Shown here piece after piece: positions 12,465 through 23,630 of a DNA stretch of 64,000 nucleotides. The notes under the pieces were generated by a model. It was not told the origin of the DNA. It worked only from the letters and a program-made list of their open reading frames with translations, and made no database searches. The stretch is taken from the NCBI RefSeq assembly GCF_016432865.1, contig NC_067400.1, positions 629,238,001-629,302,000 on the forward strand. Reading direction: 5' to 3'. Position 1 is the stretch's first letter; each line of letters begins with the position of its first letter. A program made the translations under genes and the position numbers. The DNA is from Antechinus flavipes (taxonomy: Eukaryota).

Positions 12465-12622
12465 TTATTTATTTCGTTATTTATTTTGGCTGAGACATTT
12501 GGAGTTAAGTGACTTGCCCAGGGTCACACGGTTAGGAAGTGTTAAGTGTCTGAGGGCAAATTGAACGCGGGTCCTCCTGACTTCAAGACTGGTGCTCTAT
12601 CCACTGAACCACCCAGCTTCCC
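12465..12622 (-). mobile_element. tRNA-derived SINE (WSINE type)
   Basis: Near full length on the minus strand with a T-rich tail at ~12465-12487. Confidence 0.9.
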
Positions 12623-13599
12623 CTCTGGCAAGATTTTTGATGATAGCACTTGGGGAGATGGAGACAATAAGGCCAGAGAGAGAAGCGAGCTGGTTGGATG
12701 GTCCGCCATTAATGGTTCAGTTTGCCGTGGATGAGGAGTCTCCAGCGGAACTGTCCCTGCTCCCCACGCCCAGTCGCAGGCTGCTTAATCTCGTTTTTGT
12801 TTTAAAGTAAGCGTGGCCAGCTCAGCCCATCCGCAGGTCCAAGAGCAGAGCTACCAGACTATGGGATGGCAGTGGACAGCCACAAAGGTCTGGCATTGGG
12901 ATTCGTTCCCTTGGATACCAATGATGGATTTTGCAGTGACAGCTTCTCGGTGTCCTCCCCGAGGGCTTCCCCCTCCCTCCACTGGCACAACTGATCCCCT
13001 TCCTCCCCATGATCTCCAGCACATGACCCCTTCCGTCGTCTTCTCCCATCTTCAGTCCCCTCTCTAAAGGAGGGCATGTCTCCCAGTGGTCTAACGCCCG
13101 CCCTAGATCCCCCTTTCCCCACCCAACATCAGGATGTTGGCTCCTTGCAGACAGGTACTTGCGTTCCTTCTTTCTACCCCGCACGAGGCCCCCAGCCCGA
13201 CCCGTGGAGCAGTGCGGGTTTCTTTAGATTGAAGATGAGACAGAGAGAGCATGATAGAAGGGGGCATGTGCTGGGGGAGCTGGGGAGGAAGCGGATCAGC
13301 TGTGCTGGCAGGGGGAGAGAGGTGGTCTCCGGGTGCTCTTCCGAGGGCTCCCTGGATACCCAGCAGGAGGAGGAGGGATCAGCCTTGTGTTGCTTTGTTC
13401 CAGAAGGAAGGACCGAAAGTCGATGGCTGGGAGGGGGGGGGGGTGTTGGATAAAAGCTGATTTCGGGGAATTGCTCCCCAAATGGGCTGCCAGGGGTGAG
13501 GGAGGAGGCCCCTCCCTTTTCCCAGCCGCCTCGGCCTCCGGGCCAGGGAAATGGGGTCAATACTAGAGTTGAGGGAGAGGCGCTCTGGTAGCGAACCTT

Positions 13600-13752
13600 G
13601 CGCGCGTGCTGGGAGCCCATTGGCCGGGCTGCCGCCCGCGGAGCCAATCAGGGTTCGCTACGGGTCCCCGGGGCACCTGGGGGCCAAAGGACCTCATTTC
13701 CTCGTTGGACCCAAAGGCGGTTGGTGCCACAGTGCGAGTTCCAGACTACCAG
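13600..13752 (+). promoter_or_regulatory. COX6B2: COX6B2 promoter and non-coding first exon
   Basis: CpG-rich, CCAAT near 13645, donor AG|GTGAGG at 13752/13753, matching acceptor ttccccag at 13969-13970. Confidence 0.65.
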
Positions 13753-14003
13753 GTGAGGGCAGAGTTGCGGGTGGGTGGGGCGGGACTGCCAGGTGGGCGG
13801 AGCTACAATTGGGGCAGGCCTGCTAGGTGAGGGCGGGGTTGCCAGTTGGGGGCAGGGCTGCCAGGCGAGGGCGGGGCTATCGGTTGGGAGAAGGACTGCC
13901 GGGGGGGAGGGGTTGCCCGTTGGGGGCGGGGCTGCCAGGACTGGTTGCCTCTCTCCCGCTTCTTCCCCAGGCCCCAGCCCCAGCCGGCTTAAGGACCGAG
14001 ATA

Positions 14004-14429
14004 ATGGATGAACCGTCCACCCCGCCCTTCGACCCCCGCTTTCCCAACCAGAACCAGACCCGCAACTGTTACCAGAACTTCGTGGGTTTGTGGGGGAGGG
14101 GACGGGAGAGTGGGAGTGCTGGGCCCCAGCTGGCGGGCGGGGTGGGGGAGGGGGGCTAGGGAGTGCCGAATTGACCTCCTGCGCCCCCGCCCCAGACTTT
14201 CACCGCTGTACCAGGAACATGAAGAGGAGGGGGAAGGACACGGCCCCCTGTGACTATTACCGCAAGGTCTATCACTCGCTATGCCCGCTCAGCTGGGTGA
14301 GCAGCGGGGCGGGGCGGGGCGGGGGGAGGGGCGGGCGGGGCGGGCTCTGGACGTCGGCCTTCTCCCGCCCCGCAGGTGCAGCGCTGGAACGACCAGATCC
14401 AGGAGGGCACCTTCCCCGGGAAGATCTGA
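14004..14429 (+). CDS. COX6B2: Cytochrome c oxidase subunit 6B2 (78 aa)
   Basis: Exons 14004-14085, 14196-14296, 14376-14429 give [80 protein letters not shown]9C/CX10C motif; AATAAA at 14455-14460. Paralog choice (6B2 rather than 6B1) rests on synteny with KMT5C. Confidence 0.93.
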
Positions 14430-15917
14430 AGGCCCGGCCCGGCCCCGCGCTCGGAATAAAGCGATGTCGTACACCCACCGGGGGCTGGCTGTTCTTTTCC
14501 AGCCCTAGGGGGAGGGGCGGGGCGGGGCCTCCCCTCGGGTCCTTCCCACCAGCAGGGCAGGAGCGGGGAACTTAAACCACCCGTCACCCGCGGAGGGAGA
14601 GGGCCGCCGGGCCTTGTCCACACGGTCCTTCCACCAGCCCGACAGGGAGGGGAGCGAAGCCTAGCGCCCCCCCTCCCCAAAGAGATCCTCAGACATGACA
14701 TTTAACAACAAGGACTTTTATCAAAAACAAAAGTTGCAAACTGCCCGTCACCCAGTGTCCCCCATCCCTGGGGGGGAGGGGTGTGAGGCCAAGGGCCCCA
14801 GGCTGTGCTGGCCCCCTTCCCCTCACTCCCCAGGAGGCACCAGAGCTATAGCACCATGAGAAAGATGAGGTGGGGCGGCCTCCCTGAGAGCCAGAGGGGT
14901 GTGTACGCGGAGGGGGAAGACAGTGCCGTGGGTGGGGGTCCCTCCCCCCTCCATCCCCCCCTTTCTTTATGGCTTTCCTCCCTGGAAAAGGGGGGGGCGG
15001 TGTGCCACTGAGGCGGGAGGTAAAGTCAAGAACCATCCTGAGGCTTGGGGGAGGGGGATCCTTGCCTGTCCCTCCCTGCTGGGTTTGGGAGTGGAGACAC
15101 CCCCACAGATCCTAGGCTCCGTCTAATGCCACTGAGGCAGAGAGCTCCCCTCGGCCCCCCGGAAGGGGCTGCTAGGGTCGGGGGGTTGGCCCCTTGAGGT
15201 TATCCCTGCTGGGTCCTAAGGGTGGGCTCTGGCCTTCTGCCCCTCTCCTCCCCCATCTGGGGGCCTCCAGGGCTGGCCTGGGGCCTGCTGAGGTCAGAGG
15301 CCGTGGGTTGCTGGGAGAGGAGGGGGGGCCCCCAGAAAGCCGGGCCCCGGCCCCCGGGGGCGGGGACCTCTTGCTAGGGTTAGTCCTGTTCAAATGAAGG
15401 AGCTGGCTCCTAGTGAAAGGTATGGGGATCAAAATGGCGCCCCAAGGGGGGAATGGGGGGGAAGCCTTGAGGGGCCCTAAAGAGGGCCGGTCGTGGCCAG
15501 GGAGAGGCAGCACCTTGCAATCTATGCACCCCCACCCCAATTCCTTGGGACCCCAGGCAGCTGGGAATTAGCTGGGAGAAAAAGGAAAAGGAAGCCCTGA
15601 ACCAGCACCACGAGGTGCCCTCTCCCTCTGACCTGAGAGAGAGAAATGGCGGGTCTGGCCCTGGCAGAATCACAGGGTCGGGTCACCTGTCCACGGGGAC
15701 CCTCGAGTCCAGGAGAGGGTGGCCCTGAAAAGAGAAATCCCGGCCCCCCTCCAGCCTTGCCACTCTCAAGGGGTGAAGGAGGGAGACGGCCCCCTGAGGC
15801 AGAACTCCAGGGGCTGCAGAGGCCAGAGGGGCAGCCACGGGGGCGGGACACCTACAACGCCTGCCTCCCGTGAATTCGAGCCGGCTGCGGGCGGAAGAGG
15901 TGCCCCCCAACGCGCCC

Positions 15918-18760
15918 TCAGTGGCTTCCATTCACATCCAGGGCGATCGAGCCGTGGCGGACCACCAGGCGCAGACGCTTGGGTGGAGAGAAGGGGCCAA
16001 AGGCCAGGGTCCGCTTGGGGGGCTCCGGGCCTGCAGGCCTAAGGCTGGCAGGGACGGCGGGGATTGGGGCGGCACCGCTGAGGTCCACCCGAACCACACA
16101 GGGCAGCCCGTAGCGCCGGGCCCAATGCCAGTCCTGCAGCGGGGCGGGCCGGGCCGGGGCCGAGGCAGGGGCCGGATTCAAGGCCACGGTGACCTCCCCC
16201 CGAAGGCGGCATTGCGGACCGCAGCCCCCCCATCGGTGCAGGGAAACTCGGGGGACACGGGGGTGCGGGGTCGGCCGAGCCGGTCGACGGCGGGGGGGTC
16301 GGCGGCGGCGGCGGCGGCGGTGGGGAGGGTGAGGCCGGGGAAGCCACTGCACCCACAAGGCAGAGGGGTCCAAATGGGTCCCGAAAGGCTGCAGGCGGAG
16401 GGGCTGGCAGAGCGCTGTTGGAAGAAAAGCGAGACGGCTGCCAGGGGAAGGCGGGGAGGGGGGGCATCCGGGGAAGGAGAGAACAGGGCCCTCCTGGGGG
16501 AAGGGGGGCCGGGGCGGGGGGCGAGGCTCACCACACAGAAGGTCCAGGCGGTGCAGGGTGTGCAGGTGAGAGCAGCGCTGGGCCCCCAGGGGCCCGAGCC
16601 CCTGCCGCACCCCTCGGGACTCCCAGTAGCGCTGCAGCCGGTGCTCGGTCTCCCGGAGGTCGTACTTTTCACAGGTCCTGGGAGTGGCCGCGGCCGCGTC
16701 CCGGGGCCGCAATCGAAAGGCGCCTTCCCCCTTCCTGAGGGCAAACGAAGCCAGGATGCAGGGGGTCCGGACGAGAAGGGGCCGGGGCGCCCCCGCCCCC
16801 GGAGCGCCCCTCCGGCCTCACCTCTCACAGGTGCAGCATTCGCACAGCTCGTTGCGTTCCCCGAAGAAGCCGTCCCCGTAGAAGCAGGTCACCTCGTCCC
16901 CGGGCTCGATGTCTCGGAGCACCTTCACGCAGGCCGCGTTCCCGTCTGCGGGCACAAACTAGGGGGCCCTCCTCCTCAGCTCTCCCCACGGAGGGGACCG
17001 ATCCAGGGGCGGCCCTCCCGGGTGGCCGAGGCCGTCCCCCGGCTAGGCCTCAGTCCTCCTGGTTCAGAAGCTGCGGAATCGGGAGATCCGTCCTGCTCCC
17101 TGGGAAGGTGAGAGCCAAGAACCACCCCTCTCCTGCCCCCCAGATCTCTCCTCCAGCCTACCTTGCAATTGGGTCTGCAGTCTGAGGCCGGTCGGGAAAT
17201 GGAAAAGAAAAACGGACCCAAGTGAGCTTCTGCTCATCCTTCCCGCCGTCCCCAAGTCCCAGAGGGATCCCTTCTGTGCTGCCCCCACTGCTCACCCCCC
17301 CCCCGGCCCTCCCCCCGCCACCGCCCTCACCATGGTTGATGAAGGCCGCGGGCCCCAGCCACAGCTGGGCGCTGCGTTTGCGGGTGGAGTACATGATGCT
17401 GAAGTCGTTCTCCCCGGCCCGCAGCAAGCCCTCGTCGGCCTCCCGCAGCTCGGCGATGCAGCCCACCAGCAGCTCCAGCTTCTCGTTCTTCTTCCTGGGC
17501 CCGAGGGTACGGGCAGCCTTGAGCTTTCCCTCTGGGGTCTGGGACCAGGAGCGACCCTCCCCCTCCTCTGCCCCCACGCTGGCCTAGACCTCAGGCTCCC
17601 TCTGCCCTGACCCTTCCTTACCAGGAGCGGGTAGACACGACCTTGGCCCCATTGGTTTCTAGGGAGTATCGGGTACAGGGAAGGATGGCAAATCCGCTTT
17701 CAGGCAGGAAGGCTCGAAGGTACCGATAGATCTGAGGGCAGAAGAGGGAGGGGGTGAGGGGGGTCGCCAGGGGCCTGGGGGTGGGGACGGCTCCGTGAGC
17801 CAGGAGCCAGGGCTACCGGGAGAGTGCCGGGATGTTGGAGTCCAATCCCGAGGTCACTAAAGGCAGGGGACCGGCCGGGGCGCCGGGCCTCCTCCCCCTG
17901 GGGAGCCGGGGAAGGGACGGGACCCGCGTCCCCCTCACATGGGTCTTGAGGGCAGCCTCCTGCTGCGGGCCACGGCTCTGGAAGTAGTGGGCCATCCAGC
18001 CGCCCAGCGTCAGGGCCCGGTAGGCGGCCTCCAAGTCCCGCTGTTTCCGGAAGGCCTCGAGCGCCGAACGCAGGTGGTGCTGACGCCGCAGAGGGGGCAC
18101 TGGGCTGGAGGCACAGGACGGAAAGGGACGTCAGAGGCCCCAGGGCCCCAAGCCCACCGAGAGCTCCCACGAGCACAGCGCTGCTGGAGCTGACCTCCGA
18201 GGGCAGGGCCCCTGGGACGGAGCTGCTCCCACCCCGGGAAGAGCTGGCATTTCCAGGGCTTTCACAAAAGCAAAATCATCAACCGTCTCCGATCCTCACA
18301 ATACCGGGGAAGGCTCCCCGGTCACAGGGTCACAGAGGTGTCTGAGGAAGGACATCTTCCACCGGGCCCCCTCGCTGCAGGACTGGGAACGGAAGCCTCC
18401 AGACCCGGGGAACTCACTGCCCCTTCCCGAGGCTTGACAGGGGGACACCCCCCACCCCCAGTGGAACCTCCCAGCTCAGGGTCTTGCTTGGCCTTCCTGG
18501 GACCCCAGTGGCACCCACAGGGAACTTTCCCAGCCTCTCTGAGCCCGTTTCCTCACTTCCTCATTCCCAAGGTGACTTCAGCAGCACAGGGCCATCCCAG
18601 CCCGGGGACACAAGGCGGGGGCCACCGGGCGCGAGGACCCGCACCCTCACCTGACGTTCATCTTGTGTGTGCGGAAGCCCAGGTAGGGATCCAGGACCAA
18701 GCTGGTGGCGAGGTCATCGTTCTCACACAGCTCCCTGGCTGTCACCCTCTCTGGTCCCAT
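15918..18760 (-). CDS. KMT5C: Histone H4K20 methyltransferase KMT5C / SUV420H2 (468 aa)
   Basis: Coding exons 18760-18651, 18104-17939, 17731-17622, 17494-17331, 17181-17162 (20-nt exon DCRPNCK), 16958-16822, 16734-16532, 16414-15918; 1407 nt in frame. Start [32 protein letters not shown] motif [10 protein letters not shown], post-SET CECCTCE, end [18 protein letters not shown]. Confidence 0.97.
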
Positions 18761-19691
18761 GGTGCAGCCTGGACCATGCTGCTCACCAGCCCTGGGGAGG
18801 AGGGAGCTCAGGGTGGGGGGGTGGCAGCCAGAGGGAACCCCCCCAGGTCTCCCCAAGGAGTGAGGCTCAGACTACAAAAGAGAGGGGTGGGAGAAGAGAG
18901 AAGGAGATAGGGGTCAGAGACCCCCCCCCCCAGGAGGGAGGAAAGAAGGCAGGCAGGGAGGGAGAGAAGAAAAGGGAGGAAGGGAAGAGAGGGAGAGGGG
19001 GAGGGAAGAAAAGGAAGGGAGGGAGGGAGAGGGGGAGGGAAGGGAGGAGAGAGAAAAAAAAGAAGAGGAAAGGAGGAAGGGATGAGAAGGGGAACAAAGC
19101 CCAAGTGTCAGGGCCAGGGGACCCCGGGGAAGGGGAGAGCAGCACAGAGCCGAGGGACAGGGACAGGGCACAGGGCACGTGTGTATGTGTATGCATGCGT
19201 GCACACGAGTGATAGGTCACTGGAGGGAGGGGGAAAGAGCATGGGAGTGCACAGAACACGGGTGGGGGATGGGGAGGAGGGGTGTGCACCGAAGAGGGGG
19301 AGAGCACAGAACACTGGGGGAGAATGTGAACCGAACATGAAGAGGGGCACAGAACCAAGGGAATGATGTGCATAGAACACAGGCAGGGAAGGGGGAGCAC
19401 CGAACACGAGGGGAACGGTGTACACCGAACGGGGGTGGGGGGGCCAGGAGGAGGGCGGCACAGAACACTGAGGGAGAATATGCACCTAACGGGGCGGGGG
19501 GGAGGGGAAGGGGGGAGTGGGGTGCACCGAACGCGGGCGGAGGGAGAAGGAACGCGGGCGGGCGGGGGATCCTTGAACGCAGCTTGGTGGGGGGGGGGGG
19601 GTGAGAGAAATGGCAGGCGGGGTGGGGGAGGGACCCAAGCCGACGGGGAACGAGGGTCGGAGGTCAGGCCCCGCCCTCCCCGGTCTCTCAC

Positions 19692-20450
19692 CTCCCCCTC
19701 CCCCTCCTCCTCCTCTTCCGGCTCCCGCCGCCTCCGCCACCGCCGCCGCCGCCGCCTCCAGCTCCTGCTCCCGCCGCCCCGGCCCCGCGACTCCCGCCCC
19801 GGCCCGCCCCGCGCCGGCCCTCCCCGCCCTGCTTCGCCGCCCCAGCGCCGCTACCCATTGGTCCATGTTACTGTCAGTCCACTGTCGCCATGGTGCCTGT
19901 GCGCCGCCGTCATACACCCGCCCTTCAACTCCCTCAACGGCCACCTACATTGCCTGGGAGGATAGGCCCCGCCTCCCGGGGCCCGAATGTTTCCATTGGT
20001 CTAAATTTCTTGTTCTTCAGCTCTGTGCTGTGGCTGTCCAAGGGTTGGGAAGCGGGTCCTTGTAGGTTAGCAAGCGATTGGCTCTCCGCTAAACCACCTT
20101 CATACTATTGGTCTCTCTCCACGTCCGTCTACAGAGCCTTCGGGATACCAGAGGATTTGAGTGAGAGAAGGTGGAACCTCCCGGGCCTCAAGAGTCCCAA
20201 AGCGATTGGCTTGTCGACGGACGTAGCCTTATACCATTGGACCAGAAGCCCTGTCCTTCAGATCCAGGGAGAATAGAGGGCGCTGTGGATTGGGAGCCGG
20301 CGCGCCCTCTCCCAGAACCACGGTACCCCCAGTCATTGGACGTCGGTAGCTGTCATTCTCGAGCCTGGAGAATGGAAGACTGACCCTCCCGGGCCGCTGG
20401 GTGGTGCATTCCACCATTGGCCCTGGCGGCCGCCCATCTTGAGTTTTCCC
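19692..20450 (-). promoter_or_regulatory. KMT5C: KMT5C non-coding exon 1 and CpG-island promoter with CCAAT array
   Basis: Minus-strand donor GAG|GTGAGA at 19692/19691 can pair with the acceptor before 18791; nine ATTGG boxes between 19857 and 20420. Confidence 0.65.
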
Positions 20451-22544
20451 CGCCCTCCAGCCTGCGCGCGCAGCTCCCTTCTTCTCCCCCTCTCCTGGGT
20501 CTTGCGCTTGAGGATCGCCATGACAACCAAAACTTTATCGATAGCCGCACCTAGCTCCTGCAGCGGGGCGGGAAAGAAGCTGTTTCCCCGGCCCAGATAA
20601 CCAGGCCTCAGGCATATTAAAAAGCCTGATGAACAACTTTCTCTAACCCCTGAGGACTGGCCCGCGAGGTGTCCCTGGGGTCCCAGCGAGCTGCGCTTGG
20701 GGCTCAGGAGGCTCCCGGTGGGTCTGGCCGTGGAGCATGTGCTGAGAACCGAGGCCGAGAAGCAGAAGCCGGGCCGGGCCCTCGTGGTTGCGACAGGGCC
20801 ACGGACTGGGCCGCAGGGCTCCAAAAGCTCCGGAGGCTTCTGGCCTGGCTAGCCCAGAAGGCCCGACGGGAGCCAGGAAGTGCCCGACTAGTGTCTATTA
20901 TGTATCCAAGATTTGCGGGGAGGGAGAAATTGACACGCCCTCTCCCATGCACACACAGCTCGTCTGTGGGAGTCCTGGGGATCTCGAGCCCGCGCCCTCT
21001 TGGCTCGATCCATTTGTTCCAAGTGTTGACCTCTGGCCCGAACGTTCCTCTCCCATTTGACCCCTAAGAGACCCTTCCTGACCCGGAGCCTTCAGCTAAA
21101 GCCCTCTCATTCCTCCAGTATCCGTGGAGCACAGATTTAAGGGCTATAAAAAACAAGCCCGGCCATTGAGAAGGCGGAGGGAAACCGCGAGACCGGTACT
21201 TGTGGTCTGCAGGGTGTTCCCAGCAGGACTGTGCTGAAATCTGGAGAGTGACAGTTTGCTTGATAAGCAGTAATAAAGAGGAAATGGGCCAAAAGGAGAG
21301 AGCCAAAGAGCCTGGGGAGAAATGAGGACCTAGGAATGCTGGGAAACCAGGAACCAGAAATAGAGAAAAAGTAGTTGGAAATAAGAGGAAACCAAGGGCT
21401 CAATTAAGGTTCCAAGTAAGGGAAAGGGGTTGGGGGGGTGAGAGGTATCCTGACAATCCTTGATGACTGGAGGGTGATCACGGACTGTTGAGCACTAAAT
21501 GCTTGGTGAGCCCCCAGATGATTATGCTCAAGGAGGGAGGCTTTCCTAGGCGCTCCTGAGGTGAGGCGAACCTGAAGTTTCCCAACCAATGTAGGCCCGG
21601 TCTACGTATAGGAAGCCAGGAGTTCCTGAAACATCCGTCCCAAATGGTCCCGGGCAGCTCTGGGAAGGCAGGCCGCCGGGAGCCTGCAGGGATGGCTCTT
21701 GGAGACCAGGGGCTACAGTTGTCGGGAGGAGAGGTGTGAGTTGGGGCTCGGTGGGGCTGGGAGAACTGGGCCCAAGAACTAGAGTTCCTGTGGAAGAACT
21801 ATAGCACTGACTTAAGGACCTTTGAAGTGAAGGTGAGATCGGGGCTGAGTCTTGGGCCCTGCCGGTGACAGGAAAGGGAGACTGGACACAGATACATTTG
21901 TTCAGGACACATTTAAGATTAGTGTCTTATGTGGTTTAGCAAGAAGGAAGGGGGACAGGGAGAAGTTGGCCCTTGGGCTCCCCCACACAATAAAGCTGGA
22001 CATGCAGTACAACCACCTACAGTGCTGGACCCCCCCGACCAAGGTACTGAGGACCCTTCGGGCCCCAGGCTAGGAGGGTAATATCTTTCCAAATCTCCCT
22101 TGCTCTCTCCCTTCTGTACCTTTGTCTCCCTCCTTCCCTCCCATCCTTCATTTACCTTCCTTCCCTCTATCTTCCTTTCTTCCTCCTAACCTAAGAAAAC
22201 TATATTAAGACAAGTGTTTTCTTAGCAGGCAAAGAATCCTGTTAGGATGATTTGTGCACTTTACACTGAGAAGAAAATGAACTCACCAGTGGGCAATATC
22301 CTGTTAGGGCTTCTGCAAAGATGGCTTGACAAGCCCGTGGTTAGTCTGGGCCTGGAGCTCGGGAGCACTTTGAGCTCCTCAATAGTTGACTCTGCCGCAG
22401 GCCGAAATTTCTAATTGAATGAGCTTATGTGGATGTTGTCTGGGAAGGGTGTGCCAGGGAGGACAGGGAGTCGGGAGCCCCCTTCCCTCCAAAGGGGACA
22501 CACCTCAGGGCCTTTCTAACCCCCCCCCCCAAGAGATCTGTTTC

Positions 22545-23630
22545 TATCATTAAAAAATGACAGTCTGACTTCAGAAAAACCTGGAAAGATTGACATGAAT
22601 GGATGCTGAGCGAAGTGATCAGAACTAGGAGCACACTGTACACAGTAACAGCAAGATTGTGTGATCGACTTGGAATGGCTTGGCTCAGTATAATGATCCT
22701 CCTGGAGAACTAAGGATGGAAAATGCTCTCCGTTCCCAGGGGAACAATTGATGTGGGTCTGAATGCAGATCATACTGGTTCTCACTAGTTCATGTTTTTC
22801 TCCCTTTACAACATGACACTTACATGTGTGCATGATTGAACATGTATAACCTGTGTCAAATTGCTTACCGTCAATTACGCTCAAAAAGCTATGAAACTGT
22901 GCATACCCTTTGACCCAGCAGTGTTTCTACTGGGCTTGTACCCCAAAGAGATACTAAAGAAGGGAAAGGGACCTGTATGTGCCAAAATGTTTGTGGCAGC
23001 TCTGTTTGTAGTGGCTAGAAACCGGAAAATGAATGGATGCTCATCAGCTGGAGAATGGCTGGGTAAATTGTGGTATATGAATGTTATGGAATATTATTGT
23101 TCTGTAAGAAATGAGCAGCAGGATGAATACAGAGAGGCCTGGAGAGACTGACAGGAACTGATGCTGAGGGAAGTGAGCAGGGCCAGGAGATCCTTATATA
23201 CTTCAACAATACTGTATGATGCTCAATTCTGATGGCCCTGGCCATCTCCAGCAATGAGATGAACCAAATCAGTTCCAATGGACCAGTAATGAACTGAACC
23301 AGCTACACCCAGTGAAAGAACTCTGGGACATGACTATGAACCACTCCATAGAATTCCCAATCCCTCTATTTTTGCCCGCCTGCATTTTGGATTTCCTTCA
23401 CAGGCTAATAGTACACTATTTCAGACTCTGATTCTTTTTGTACAGCAAAATAACTGTTAGGACATGTATGCTTATATTGTATTTAATTTATACTTTAACA
23501 TATTTAACATGTATTGGTCAACTTGCCATCTGGGGGGGTGGGGTGCGGGGAAGGAGGGAAAAACTTGGAACAAAAGGTTTGGCGATTGTCAATGCTGTAA
23601 AATTACCCACCCATAAAGAATAAAAAAAAA
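22545..23630 (+). mobile_element. L1 3' fragments (older 22545-22860, younger 22860-23630 with poly-A)
   Basis: ORF2 end (CIPFDPAVFLLGLYPKEILKKGKGPVCAKMFVAALF), 3' UTR, AATAAA and A tail at ~23619-23630. Confidence 0.9.

Noticed and set aside
15870-17111. 413-aa plus-strand ORF
   Set aside because: Antisense to KMT5C exons and introns in very GC-rich DNA; no recognisable domain.
21400-22050. Scattered plus-strand GT donors suggesting a transcript divergent from KMT5C
   Set aside because: No consistent acceptor-donor chain or reading frame found.
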